NCBI GenBank assembly: GCA_016929295.1
Contig: JAFGJB010000214.1
Coordinates: 10,261 to 74,260 of the forward strand
From: Candidatus Zhuqueibacterota bacterium
GTDB lineage: Bacteria; Zhuqueibacterota; Zhuqueibacteria; Residuimicrobiales; Krinioviventaceae
Direction: 5' to 3'
DNA: 64,000 nt
Part shown: positions 9,938 to 19,950 of the stretch, in pieces
Numbering within the stretch: the first letter of the stretch is position 1
How the letters are laid out: each line of letters opens with the position of its first letter
Notes under the pieces: model-generated
What the model saw: the letters and a program-made list of their open reading frames with translations, nothing else
Database searches by the model: none
Told to the model about the DNA's origin: nothing
Position numbers and translations under genes: made by a program

Positions 9938-10541
9938 TTACTTTGTGCATGATCCATTCGTGCAGTTTTTGCACGGCATGATAAAATTCAGCCAAACTGG
10001 CATTATTCTGAATGATATAGTCCGACCGCTCTGCTTTTTCATCCTGCGACAGTTGCGAGCGGATGCGATCCAGCGCCTGTTCGCGGGTCAGTTTCTTGAA
10101 TTGTTGCGCGCGCGCGAGGCACTGTTCGATTGGCGCTGCCACGGTCACGGTCAAATCGCACTCTTGCTCAAAATCAAGTTCGAACAGCAAAGCCGCGTCC
10201 ACAACAATATAGAGACATCCACCCCCTGTTTTCTCTTTTTTGATGAGAGATCGCGCCCGCTGCAGCATGACGGGATGCACGATGGTGTTGAGCAGAGCGA
10301 GGGCATCCGAATTCGCAAAGACAATATCCGCCAGTTTTTTTCTCAAAAGCTGATCGTTGGCAGCAAATATGGCGTCCCCAAAGGCCTTTTTCAGGCGGCG
10401 CCGGACGCGCTCATTCTTCTCGACCGCCCAGCGACCGGCAGCGTCCATGTCCACAATGCAGGCGCCGAGCTGACGCAGTTTTTCGGCAGCTGCGCTTTTG
10501 CCGCTGCCGAGTATGCCGGTCAATCCAACGACCGGCTTCAT
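9930..10541 (-). CDS. coaE: Dephospho-CoA kinase
   Basis: P-loop VGLTGILGSGKSAAAEKL and CoaE-like length and layout. It overlaps comEC by 8 nt and the upstream protease gene by 4 nt. Confidence 0.85.
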   Translation of the reverse strand: MKPVVGLTGILGSGKSAAAEKLRQLGACIVDMDAAGRWAVEKNERVRRRLKKAFGDAIFAANDQLLRKKLADIVFANSDALALLNTIVHPVMLQRARSLIKKEKTGGGCLYIVVDAALLFELDFEQECDLTVTVAAPIEQCLARAQQFKKLTREQALDRIRSQLSQDEKAERSDYIIQNNASLAEFYHAVQKLHEWIMHKVNE

Positions 10542-13500
10542 CGCACGATCGCCAGTTTATCAAGGACGAGCGTATCATCACCGCTAATCCGATAGAGATA
10601 GATGCCGGAGGCAACGACATCGCCCCTTTCATTTGTCAAGTCCCATTCGAGGTCGCCATCGCCATCATTTTTACGCAGCGTCTTGACCAGCTGGCCACGC
10701 GAGGTTAAAATCTGCACTTGATCACCCTGTTGCAGATTGGCAAAGGTGATGGCCTCGGCGTCGTCCATCACCAGGGGATTGGGATAGACTTTGACTCTCT
10801 CTTTCTCTCCTGCAGCGGGCGGAACGATGAGCGCGATGGCATCACCTCGTCCGTATTTTACGGACTGACCATTTTCACTCACCAGGCCATGCACCCGCAC
10901 CAGGATTGTATCGTCGGCAGCTGCAATGCGGTCGAGATCCTCGGCCTTGATATGAACCGTCATCGGATTCAGCATCGTCGTAGCACTGACGATAGACTGC
11001 CCGTTGACGGAATAATTGTCGATGTCTTCGACGGTGCTCTTTTGCATCGCCTGATCAAAACTCAATTCAATTTCATGACCGCTTGGCATCACCCCCGCAA
11101 CAATATAGGGGGCATGGTAAGAGGCCTTGATGGCAAACGACTGCCTTGCGGATGTAGAGTCCAGAGGCAGATCATACTGATCGAAAAGATTGCTGCAATG
11201 AATGACATGCTCGCCAACGGCAAATGGCCGGGCAAACGTGAGGAGCAGGTGTCGGCCCGATTGATCGTGCGCCGCAGAGGTCGGGCGCGTGGACGCATCG
11301 ACGATGTAGTGAGATGCCAGCTGCGCAGTCTGATTCATAGCCGTGCTGAAGCTCAGTCGGATGCTGGCGCCGGTTTCCTGAGAAACGGATAAAAGCAGCG
11401 GATTATCACCCGGTCGCGCCGAGACGATCTGTGACAAGCGGCTTTCCGCCGGTGTGCGGGCGGGATCAACCGCTTTGACAGCATAAAAAATGAACCGGTC
11501 TTTTTCTACGTCGTTGTCCTGCACATGATTCTCTGCAACGGAACAGAGCAGGGTCAAATGAGCCGGATCGAGACCGCGATAGACGTGATAATTTTTTGCT
11601 CCCGCCACAGCGCGCCAGCTCAGCTGCACCGTGGATTCATTCAGTGGCCGGGCTTTCAGCGCCACCGGTGTGGCCGGCGCCGTATCACTGCCGATGCCAT
11701 CAAAAGCGGCCAATCGGTCGCCGTCACCAAGCCAGAGTTCATTTTTGCCATTGTAGTCGGCATCCGCAACGATCGCAGCGTTCATCTGCACGGGCGCGTG
11801 ATGGTAAACGATCTGAAATGAATTGTCGATATAATCAATCAGATAAAAATCGGGGTAAGCGGTTATAAAGATTTCATCCACGCCGTCGTTGTCGATATCG
11901 CCGGCTGCGACGCTGCTCAGGAAATCGCCCGTCGACTCATAGCCGAACAGGCGCCATTCCCCCACCTGGCGATAGTCGTCGTTGCCGAATTGATCGTAGA
12001 TGCGATAATACCAGTGTCGCGCGTCATAGTCGTGCTCTGTATTCAAATTCGGATCAGAATGGCACCCGGCAATGAACTCATCCAACCCGTCGCCGTCAAA
12101 ATCACCGGCAGCGATGAAATCAATGCTGTCCAGGAGAGGCAAGTCATCATCCCATGTCGCCTGGTATTGATCGTCACCGCAGTTCTCGTAAATATAAATG
12201 TCGCCATCGCTGTCGCCAAGCAGAATCTCCGACGCGCCGTCGCCATCAAAATCTCCCACCTCGGTGCGAGGAATGCCATTGAAATTCTCGCCGCCGGTGG
12301 GATTCGGCAATGCGGCGACAGATTGGTATTCATTGTCGCCGGTCGATTCAAAAACTTGAAATTGATCCGTAGCGCCCTGGTCCTGCGGCCGGATGACGCG
12401 CATGATGACTTCGCCCCTGCCATCCTGATCCAGATCGGCGAAGCGACTGGCCCAGAACTGTGTTGCCCCGTCGCCTTCCCAGCTCATTGCGACGCTGTTT
12501 GGCAGCCCGCCGGCATTTTCAGCCTCATAAATATAGCTGTTGAAACCGAATCCGCACAGCACCTCCTGTCTGCCATCGCCATCAGAATCGCCCGTATCTC
12601 TGGGGATGCGCCTGTCCACGGTCGCATAAATTTCCGTCATTTCGCCATCCACCCATTCGAAGAGGGCGAGTCGGCCAATGGCGCCTTGTTCGGTGACGGA
12701 CATGATCAGCTCCGGGATGCCATTTTGGTTGAAATCGGATGTTTTCGCGAGCGCGCGCCCAAAGGGCACATTGAGCATGCCGCGAGAGTAGCGCGTCACG
12801 TCGATTGGCGGCGAAGCGAGGTCGACCCGGTAACAGGCGCCATCAGCATCAAGGATCGTCTGCAATCCTGCACCATTCGTGACTTTGAGCCATAGATCGA
12901 GCTGACCTTCCACGTCATTCTGACTCAAATTGTATCTCATCCTCTTCGTTCTGTAGGTGAGCGGTATTTCGGTAAAGTCATTGTTCTCCGTCCTGCAGTA
13001 TAAGGATCCCTCCGATAAATCATCCACATCGGCCTGCAGAAGAATGGAATGTTTGTCGCCGTCCAGCATGGGCAGGAATTGCAGGTTCTCCACGATGGGA
13101 GCGGACCAGTCGAGGAAAATGCGAGTTGTATGCTGGGCAACCACATGGTCTGCGGAGGTCACAACGATCTTTAAGGTATACTCACCTTCCTGATGCGGGA
13201 TATCATCCCAGGTCGCCAGCAGATCATCGACGATGCGTCGACTGTTGCCGATGCTGATGGCGGTCCACTCTGCGGGATTATTGTCGGCGCCATAAAAGAG
13301 ATCATAGTGACTGAAATCAGGCGCCCATGCTGAACCATGGATATCGATCGGGCCGCCGCTGAAGCCGCTATCCAGACGCGGTGAGGAAATGTGGGCCAGG
13401 ACCGTCGTCTGCAAGGCGAGCGCCCGCGCCACCTGGAGTCGTCCTGCGCCAAATTTATCATCCCATCCCGGATCACCGAGATCATCCGCAGAATTCACCA

Positions 13501-14752
13501 GCAGAGAGCGAACCGCATCGGCGTTCAATCCGGGACGATGTGACAGGATCAGTGCCGCCGCTGCCGACACACAGGGCGCGGAAAAAGAGGTGCCGTTCCA
13601 GTTATGAAAATCATTTTCCCGGTCCAGGCTGAGAATCGAACTGCCAGGGGCGACGAGGTCAATTGACGGACCAAAATTGGAAAATCCGGCGAGATGATCA
13701 TTTTGATCAGAAGCGCCCACAGATATTGTCTCGGCAAAACCGGACGGATAATGAATCTCATCGCTGGACGAGTTGCCGGCCGATGCCACCATCACTGCAC
13801 CCTGTTGCCGGCCATACTTGAGGACATCATCGAGAATGCGCGACACAAACACATCGCCAAAACTCATGTTGATGACCTGCGCGCCATTGGCGATGGCGTA
13901 CAGAATGGCGGAGGCGGCGTCATCCTCTTCGCCGTAGCCGCTCGAGTTGAACGCGCGCAGATTCATGACGCGACAGCCAAAGGCCAGCCCGGCGATGCCA
14001 TAGTCATTGTCCGTTTCAGCAGCGATGATGCCGGCCACTCCGGTGCCGTGGCCATGTCCGTCCATGGGATCGTTATCACGATCAAGATAATCGCCGCCAT
14101 CAGGATAATTCGGCGCATCGGTGAAATCCCATCCTCTGATGTCATCGACAAAGCCGTTGCCGTCATCATCGATGCCGTTATAGTCCGACTCGTCCACGCG
14201 ACCGTTGCCATTCACGTCTTCGCCGGCGTTGAGCCACAGATTATTTTGCATATCGGGATGTTCATAATCGATTCCGGTATCGATCACAGCGACGATCACA
14301 TCTGTACTGCCGCGCTCCGTTTCCCAGGCCTGTTCGGCGCAGACGTTCTTCAAGGCATATTGATCTTGATAGAAAGGATCATTGGGCGTAAAATGCAGCT
14401 GAAAGGCGCGATTCGGATGCGCGTGCAAAACGCCGGCCCGGGTCAGTGACTCGGCAATCTCCGCCGCATCGACGTGATCCGGCAGTTCCACGACAACCCA
14501 TTGATTGAGGTCATTGCTCTCCGCATGAGGACGATGAAAAGGAAAAGCGGCTGATATATTCATGACGTCATAGTGGGCGAAAACCGCATCCACTGCCGCG
14601 CTTCCGGTGGTTGCCAAAAACGTTCCTTTTGCCAGAGATGGCGCAGCCGCGAGTTTAACGAGCAATGAATGGGCGGCTGCGCCGCTTATCGTATTCATCA
14701 GCAGGCAAAAGAGGATAAAACTTTTCGACAGCAGGTTCATAGTGGACATCAA
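10538..14752 (-). CDS. Large secreted S8 subtilisin-like serine protease with FG-GAP/VCBS repeats, Fn3-like domain(s) and a C-terminal T9SS sorting domain
   Basis: Signal peptide plus I9-like propeptide. Catalytic triad motifs are VAVIDTGIDYEHPD (Asp), HGHGTGVAGIIAA (His) and GTSFSAPCVSAAAALI (Ser). Multiple D-x-D-x-DG FG-GAP-like repeats are present. The C-terminal KVYPNPLV...GDQVQILTSRGQLVKTL...WDLTNERGDVVASGIYLYRI matches the Por_Secre_tail (T9SS CTD) pattern. Confidence 0.85.
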   Translation of the reverse strand: MMSTMNLLSKSFILFCLLMNTISGAAAHSLLVKLAAAPSLAKGTFLATTGSAAVDAVFAHYDVMNISAAFPFHRPHAESNDLNQWVVVELPDHVDAAEIAESLTRAGVLHAHPNRAFQLHFTPNDPFYQDQYALKNVCAEQAWETERGSTDVIVAVIDTGIDYEHPDMQNNLWLNAGEDVNGNGRVDESDYNGIDDDGNGFVDDIRGWDFTDAPNYPDGGDYLDRDNDPMDGHGHGTGVAGIIAAETDNDYGIAGLAFGCRVMNLRAFNSSGYGEEDDAASAILYAIANGAQVINMSFGDVFVSRILDDVLKYGRQQGAVMVASAGNSSSDEIHYPSGFAETISVGASDQNDHLAGFSNFGPSIDLVAPGSSILSLDRENDFHNWNGTSFSAPCVSAAAALILSHRPGLNADAVRSLLVNSADDLGDPGWDDKFGAGRLQVARALALQTTVLAHISSPRLDSGFSGGPIDIHGSAWAPDFSHYDLFYGADNNPAEWTAISIGNSRRIVDDLLATWDDIPHQEGEYTLKIVVTSADHVVAQHTTRIFLDWSAPIVENLQFLPMLDGDKHSILLQADVDDLSEGSLYCRTENNDFTEIPLTYRTKRMRYNLSQNDVEGQLDLWLKVTNGAGLQTILDADGACYRVDLASPPIDVTRYSRGMLNVPFGRALAKTSDFNQNGIPELIMSVTEQGAIGRLALFEWVDGEMTEIYATVDRRIPRDTGDSDGDGRQEVLCGFGFNSYIYEAENAGGLPNSVAMSWEGDGATQFWASRFADLDQDGRGEVIMRVIRPQDQGATDQFQVFESTGDNEYQSVAALPNPTGGENFNGIPRTEVGDFDGDGASEILLGDSDGDIYIYENCGDDQYQATWDDDLPLLDSIDFIAAGDFDGDGLDEFIAGCHSDPNLNTEHDYDARHWYYRIYDQFGNDDYRQVGEWRLFGYESTGDFLSSVAAGDIDNDGVDEIFITAYPDFYLIDYIDNSFQIVYHHAPVQMNAAIVADADYNGKNELWLGDGDRLAAFDGIGSDTAPATPVALKARPLNESTVQLSWRAVAGAKNYHVYRGLDPAHLTLLCSVAENHVQDNDVEKDRFIFYAVKAVDPARTPAESRLSQIVSARPGDNPLLLSVSQETGASIRLSFSTAMNQTAQLASHYIVDASTRPTSAAHDQSGRHLLLTFARPFAVGEHVIHCSNLFDQYDLPLDSTSARQSFAIKASYHAPYIVAGVMPSGHEIELSFDQAMQKSTVEDIDNYSVNGQSIVSATTMLNPMTVHIKAEDLDRIAAADDTILVRVHGLVSENGQSVKYGRGDAIALIVPPAAGEKERVKVYPNPLVMDDAEAITFANLQQGDQVQILTSRGQLVKTLRKNDGDGDLEWDLTNERGDVVASGIYLYRISGDDTLVLDKLAIVR

Positions 14753-14759
14753 CGATGGC

Positions 14760-15653
14760 TCACAGCCGATTCAGGTGAAAAAGCAAACGCGCCGGAGTGG
14801 CGATCAACAGTAAAAAAAAGGCACATTTCGTGGTGCATCTATCGCGCCAGGTCCGATCATATTTTTGAAAAAAAGCGATGAACGACTGATGTGATGAAAT
14901 GATCATGCGGGCTTTTTCTTGTCTGACGCTGGCGCCGCGCCGGTGATAGACAAAGACATCGGCGATGAAGCGGATGCGCCAGCCGTGCGCGCGGACGCGA
15001 TAGCACCAGTCCACGTCGCTAAAAAACATCGGCAAGGACTCGTCCAGCAGTCCAACTGTGCGCAACACATCGCGCCGCATGAGCAAAAAAGCGCCCTGAG
15101 GTTGGGGCACATCGCACGAAACGCGATGGTTGAAATCGGGCATTCTCCAGCCGTTGAAAAAGGCGCTCTTTGAAAAAAGTCTCGACAATCCCAGGAACTC
15201 GCAGAACACATCTGCTTTTTTCGGGAAACGCCGGCAAGAGGGCTGCACCTCGTCGTTGAAAAAGCGCAATTGCGGTGATACAACGCCAAGGCGCTCATCT
15301 TGTTGCAGCTCGTCGAACAACCGGTCGAACGGATTGTCGCGGAAGATGATGTCCGGGTTGAGCAGTAGAATGGTTCGACCAAGACAGCGCCGCAGTCCCT
15401 GATTCACGCCTTTGGTGAAGCCGAGATTTTTCTCATTATATATCCTGTCAACGACGGTGAAATACAAGCCGGTCCAGGAGAGCGCATCCTGAAGAAAGCG
15501 GGCTGTGCCATCGCTGCTATGATTGTCAATGATGCACAGTTGTGACGAATACGTCGCCATCGCGTTTGACAGCGTGGCCAGACAACGCGGGATGATATCG
15601 CGATTGTTGTAGGTTACGATGACGACGGAGATATCATAATCACGAGTATGCAT
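14760..15653 (-). CDS. Family 2 glycosyltransferase (rhamnosyltransferase-like)
   Basis: N-terminal ISVVIVTYNNRDIIPRCL and a GT-A fold DxD region. It sits 7 bp upstream of the protease gene. Confidence 0.75.
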   Translation of the reverse strand: MHTRDYDISVVIVTYNNRDIIPRCLATLSNAMATYSSQLCIIDNHSSDGTARFLQDALSWTGLYFTVVDRIYNEKNLGFTKGVNQGLRRCLGRTILLLNPDIIFRDNPFDRLFDELQQDERLGVVSPQLRFFNDEVQPSCRRFPKKADVFCEFLGLSRLFSKSAFFNGWRMPDFNHRVSCDVPQPQGAFLLMRRDVLRTVGLLDESLPMFFSDVDWCYRVRAHGWRIRFIADVFVYHRRGASVRQEKARMIISSHQSFIAFFQKYDRTWRDRCTTKCAFFLLLIATPARLLFHLNRL

Positions 15654-15731
15654 GGCGAAAGTGACAAAAAATATGGTCGCCGGCGCTCAGGCAGACGACC
15701 ATCACATGAATTGTGCAGAATTATAAAGGGG

Positions 15732-17261
15732 CTAATTATTTTGTTCGGCCAGTTTTTTTCGCAAATAGTCCAATTTTGACTGGTACCAGTCATTGTCCGG
15801 ATCATTTTTAATGAGCGTTTCGAAAACCGATATTGCTTTTGCGTATTGGCCCTGGGCCGCATAGATCTCACCCAAAGTAGGGGTGATGAATTTGCCTTTC
15901 TGTCTATCGTCCTGCTGTTTTTCCCTGTCGCCACGCGTCTGATCAGCTTGCGGCGGTGACGGCTTTTCGTCTTGCGTGCGAGCGCGTTCTTTCGCGGCCG
16001 ATGCAGCGGGCAGCGATTCGTCCGCCGCTGCTGCGGTGGACCAGGGCTTTGCAAAGGTTTTTTTTTCTTCGGTCTCTTCTTCTTGAATATCCAGGCTGTT
16101 GAGGAATTCGCTGAAATCATTGGGCTTTGCGTGCGGATGAGCGTCCGTCATCTCTTCCTCAGGCGCCGCAAATTCTTCAGCAATTTCATCCTCATCGAGC
16201 TGATCATCAGTGCCGAACAGTCGATCGCGCATATCCCGATCGTGCCAGAATATTTTTTCCTCAGGAGAAATGATCTTCTCCGGATCCAAAAGAGGCTCGA
16301 AATCATCGTCGCCCTTGCTGTCGAGCGGTGCAATGCCGGTCTGCTCGTCGTCAGCCACAGAGTCACCTGATTTTTGCATGACAGCGCCGCCCTCGTCCTT
16401 TTCGACTTGTTCCTCTTCTTCCAGATTGGCGCTAAATATATTATCGAGGAGTTTGGTAAATTTTCGCTCTTCCTCCTTGAACTTGCTGCGATCAAATTCC
16501 AAATCAACATCGATCGATTCATCCGGGATGTCATCGTCGCGCTGCTGAGAAACGGTTGCATCGGCTCCCGGCTGATCGGCATATGTGGACTCGGCAGAAG
16601 CGCTCAAATCCGCAGTGGATTTTGTGAGATCCGCAAAAGGATCATCCAGATACCGATCTGCCGGGCTCGATTCCTCGGTCTCGAAAATCCACTTTGCCTC
16701 ATCGCCTGCCTCCTGAGTGGGCGGCAGCTCCAGAAGTGCATCTGCCTCAGCAGGTTCCGGCTTTTCGAGCGGCAGATCGAGGTTCCACTCATCTTTCAAG
16801 GTGTCCGCCTTTTCGAACTGCAAATCGTAGATTTTTTGATGAATCGCGTCATCAAAGGGATCTAGATCGATGATCCGGCTATAATTGTCGCGGACCTGGT
16901 CGATATCGCCACTATTTTTCAGGATATCACTCCGGAGATAGAGGGCGGCAATATGGTTGGGATCTGCGGCAAGCGCTTCCTTGAGATGTTTGTCCGCTTT
17001 TTCAAACTCTTTGCGTTCAAGATAGCATTTGGCGAGAACAAATCGTTGGGTTGCGTCGTGAGGATGCAATAGCACGCCCTTTTCAGCACATTCGATGGCC
17101 TGGCCAATTTCGCTGACTTTTAAGTACCTGTCAGCAAGCCGCGCATAGAGCATTGAGGCTGGTTCTTCGCTCACTTTTTGTCTCAGCCATTCAATTTCGC
17201 TCGCATAACTCTGCATAAAAGACCCCTGCATTTGCTTGGATATCCTATTGTTAACATACAA
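15732..17261 (-). CDS. TPR-repeat protein with a long acidic, low-complexity central region
   Basis: TPR-like helices are present at both ends (YARLADRYLKVSEIGQAIECAEKGV...; LGEIYAAQGQYAKAISVFETLIKNDPDN). The central ~250 aa are D/E-rich. Confidence 0.6.
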   Translation of the reverse strand: MYVNNRISKQMQGSFMQSYASEIEWLRQKVSEEPASMLYARLADRYLKVSEIGQAIECAEKGVLLHPHDATQRFVLAKCYLERKEFEKADKHLKEALAADPNHIAALYLRSDILKNSGDIDQVRDNYSRIIDLDPFDDAIHQKIYDLQFEKADTLKDEWNLDLPLEKPEPAEADALLELPPTQEAGDEAKWIFETEESSPADRYLDDPFADLTKSTADLSASAESTYADQPGADATVSQQRDDDIPDESIDVDLEFDRSKFKEEERKFTKLLDNIFSANLEEEEQVEKDEGGAVMQKSGDSVADDEQTGIAPLDSKGDDDFEPLLDPEKIISPEEKIFWHDRDMRDRLFGTDDQLDEDEIAEEFAAPEEEMTDAHPHAKPNDFSEFLNSLDIQEEETEEKKTFAKPWSTAAAADESLPAASAAKERARTQDEKPSPPQADQTRGDREKQQDDRQKGKFITPTLGEIYAAQGQYAKAISVFETLIKNDPDNDWYQSKLDYLRKKLAEQNN

Positions 17262-17313
17262 CCTGCAAAGAAATATCGCAAGTATAATTTAACATCTGCT
17301 TGATGCAGAAATA

Positions 17314-17814
17314 TCACCAGTTGGATACCGTTTTATTGAGGATTTCCTGACTTAATTTTTCAAACGCCTCCTCATAAGCGTTGTTGCGACCCTCCGGGCC
17401 TTCTGCCGGATCATAACTGCCGAATTGGGTGATTCGCTCTTCCCACATGGCCTGTCTCTTCACCTGATCCGTGCATTCGACCTGCACGGAAATATAGACT
17501 TTGATATCCTGCACTGTCTCTTGCTGGTCAAATGCTCCGGCGCGATCATTGACGCTGACGATCGAGCCGATGACAATCACATCGGCCGCGCTGCGATCGG
17601 CAATCTTGAGCGAGCCGTCACGGATGAATTCTTCAATGACCGCATCTGTCAGCTTTTCGGACATGCCGAATTCTGCTGTTCTGTTATCAAACAATGGCAC
17701 GGCCACGCTGTGCAGGTGCGGCGGCAACGAGCCTTTGAGTGAATAGTAAGAGCAAGAAAATACAAAAAGCATGCCGAACAGGATCAGCGGTCCGGACAAC
17801 CTATCTCTCATCAT
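17314..17814 (-). CDS. Small lipoprotein, LptE-like (LPS assembly)
   Basis: Signal peptide with a lipobox-like FVFSC. The segment immediately after the Cys, CSYYSLKG, resembles the LptE CGWHLRG motif. The size and beta-rich composition fit LptE. The call is tentative. Confidence 0.4.
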   Translation of the reverse strand: MMRDRLSGPLILFGMLFVFSCSYYSLKGSLPPHLHSVAVPLFDNRTAEFGMSEKLTDAVIEEFIRDGSLKIADRSAADVIVIGSIVSVNDRAGAFDQQETVQDIKVYISVQVECTDQVKRQAMWEERITQFGSYDPAEGPEGRNNAYEEAFEKLSQEILNKTVSNW

Positions 17815-18997
17815 CTCTCAAGCCGTACTTTATAATTTTTCGATATAACGTGCGCTCACTCAGGCCAAGAAGCTTGGCGGCTTTTCGTTTATTACCATCT
17901 GTTTTTATTAGAGTTGATCGAATCATTTCCTTTTCCATGTCAGACACGGACTCTGGCGGCTGATCGTCATGAAAGAGACCTCGGGCGTTGTACTCCTGCG
18001 GCAGTTCGGCACGCCAGGCGCCCAGAGTGTATCGTTGTGGGGCAGCGCTCAGCATGAATTCTCGCAACTGCGCAATTTCGCTCTTTATTTCCAACAAAAC
18101 GCGCAGGAGAAACTCGCGCTCCAGCTCATCCTTTGGCTTTTCCAGACGAACCGGCAGGCTTTGATTGAAATCATCGATCGTATCGATATATTTTCGCAAG
18201 GTCGTTTCGTCCACCAGGCTGCCTCTTTCCAGGACAATGACTTTTTCAACCAGATTTCTCAGCTCACGAATATTGCCTGGCCAGGCATAGTCCTGTAAAA
18301 GATGAAGCGCGCGCTCGGAAAATCCCTGAAATTCGATGTGATTGCTGCGGCAAAAATCCGTCGCAAATTTCTTCACCAGGACGGTGATATCCTGGCGCCG
18401 TTCGCGCAGGTTGGGAACGCGAATGTGCACGGCGTTCAACCGATAAAAAAGGTCCTGACGAAAATTGCCCTTGCGAACTTGATCCTGCAGATCCTTGTTC
18501 GTCGCCGCGATGAAACGGACATCCACCGCTTGCAACGACGTGCCGCCGACGCGCATGAATTCACGCTCCTCCAGCACGCGCAGGAGTTTCACCTGAATGG
18601 ACAAGGGCAACTCGCCGATTTCATCCAGAAAGATGCTGCCTTTATGAGCGAGCTCGAAATAGCCTTTACGCTGACCTGCCGCTCCGGTGAACGATCCCTT
18701 CTCATGTCCGAACAATTCGGATTCGAGGATACCTTCGGGAATGGCGCCGCAGTTCACGGTGATCAGAGGCGCATCATGACGATGACTCAAAATGTGCACC
18801 GCTTTGGCGACAAGCTCCTTGCCGGTGCCGCTCTCTCCCGAGATGAGGACAGAGATATCGGTCGGCGCAACCTGCTCTATCGTCTCCAGCAACTGGCGCG
18901 TCTCTTCGGAATCGCCGAGGATGCCGACTTGCTGCTGAATATCACGCCAGTGTTCATCATCGCTGTAATCTTTGATCAGCACATTTCTGGCTTTCAC
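17801..18997 (-). CDS. Sigma-54-dependent transcriptional activator (AAA+ sigma-54 interaction domain plus C-terminal Fis-type HTH) with no receiver or sensor domain; PspF-like architecture
   Basis: Walker A GESGTGKELVAKAVH, the GAFTGA variant ESELFGHEKGSFTGA, and the C-terminal HTH KRKAAKLLGLSERTLYRKI. Only ~45 aa precede the AAA+ core. Confidence 0.85.
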   Translation of the reverse strand: MKARNVLIKDYSDDEHWRDIQQQVGILGDSEETRQLLETIEQVAPTDISVLISGESGTGKELVAKAVHILSHRHDAPLITVNCGAIPEGILESELFGHEKGSFTGAAGQRKGYFELAHKGSIFLDEIGELPLSIQVKLLRVLEEREFMRVGGTSLQAVDVRFIAATNKDLQDQVRKGNFRQDLFYRLNAVHIRVPNLRERRQDITVLVKKFATDFCRSNHIEFQGFSERALHLLQDYAWPGNIRELRNLVEKVIVLERGSLVDETTLRKYIDTIDDFNQSLPVRLEKPKDELEREFLLRVLLEIKSEIAQLREFMLSAAPQRYTLGAWRAELPQEYNARGLFHDDQPPESVSDMEKEMIRSTLIKTDGNKRKAAKLLGLSERTLYRKIIKYGLRDDER

Positions 18998-19938
18998 GAT
19001 TTCACTCCGCCTTGCTCTAACTCATTCTCTTTAAAATAGGCCACTGTTCTGGCTACGCCCTGCTCAAATGTGACAGCCGGCTGCCAACGCAGGTGCGCGG
19101 CGGCTTTGCGGATATTCAATACGCTGCGCTGCTGCTCACCAGGCTTTGCCGGCCCGTGCTGCGCCGGCATATTCGCCCCGCTATATTTGTTGAGCATATC
19201 GTATATGTGATTTACATCCGTCTCCACGCCCGTTCCAATATTATAGACCTCATTATCGCCTGCGGAGAGCGCCGCAATGTTGGCGTTGACGACATCGGCT
19301 ACGTAAACATAATCGCGGGTCTGCGTGCCGTCTCCATTGATGACCGCCGCTTCCCGGTTGAATAGTTTCTGCAAAAAAATGGCAATGACGCCGGCCTCGC
19401 CGTGCGGATTTTGTCGCGGTCCGTAGACATTCGCGTAACGAAAGGCTGTATAGACAAGACCGTATGTCATGGCATAGTAAAACAGGTACTTCTCCCCTAT
19501 CAATTTCGTCACTCCATAGGGACAATAGGGACGTTGTGGATGCTCTTCATCCGCCGGGAAATAATCCTGCTCGCCATAAATCACGCCGCCGGATGATGCA
19601 TAAATCACTTTCTTGACCTTGTTTTCCACCGCATTTTGGACGATATTTAAAAAGCCGATGACGTTATTCTCCGCATCAAAGATCGGGTCCCTTACGGACA
19701 AGCGTACATCCATCTGCGCGGCGTGGTGATTGACAATATCAAAACGGTGTTGCGCAAACAGCTCGGCAACTGCTTTATCGCGAATATCCATGTTGTAAAA
19801 GACCACCCGCTCATTGATATTCTTCTCGCGACCGGCGGACAAATTATCAATGATGACAACCTCATGACCGGCATTGATATAGGCGTCAGAAATATGCGAG
19901 CCGATAAAACCCGCGCCGCCCGTGAGCAGAATTTTCAT
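18994..19938 (-). CDS. NAD-dependent epimerase/dehydratase (UDP-glucose 4-epimerase-like)
   Basis: Rossmann motif MKILLTGGAGFIGSHI and a YxxxK SDR active-site pattern. Confidence 0.8.
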   Translation of the reverse strand: MKILLTGGAGFIGSHISDAYINAGHEVVIIDNLSAGREKNINERVVFYNMDIRDKAVAELFAQHRFDIVNHHAAQMDVRLSVRDPIFDAENNVIGFLNIVQNAVENKVKKVIYASSGGVIYGEQDYFPADEEHPQRPYCPYGVTKLIGEKYLFYYAMTYGLVYTAFRYANVYGPRQNPHGEAGVIAIFLQKLFNREAAVINGDGTQTRDYVYVADVVNANIAALSAGDNEVYNIGTGVETDVNHIYDMLNKYSGANMPAQHGPAKPGEQQRSVLNIRKAAAHLRWQPAVTFEQGVARTVAYFKENELEQGGVKS

Positions 19939-19950
19939 CCATTTTCCTTT

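Noticed and set aside
11990-12895. 301-aa plus-strand ORF, plus others such as 13694..14449 + and 10718..11392 +
   Set aside because: They lie entirely inside the S8 protease gene on the opposite strand and have no recognisable motifs. They are typical antisense ORFs in GC-rich DNA.
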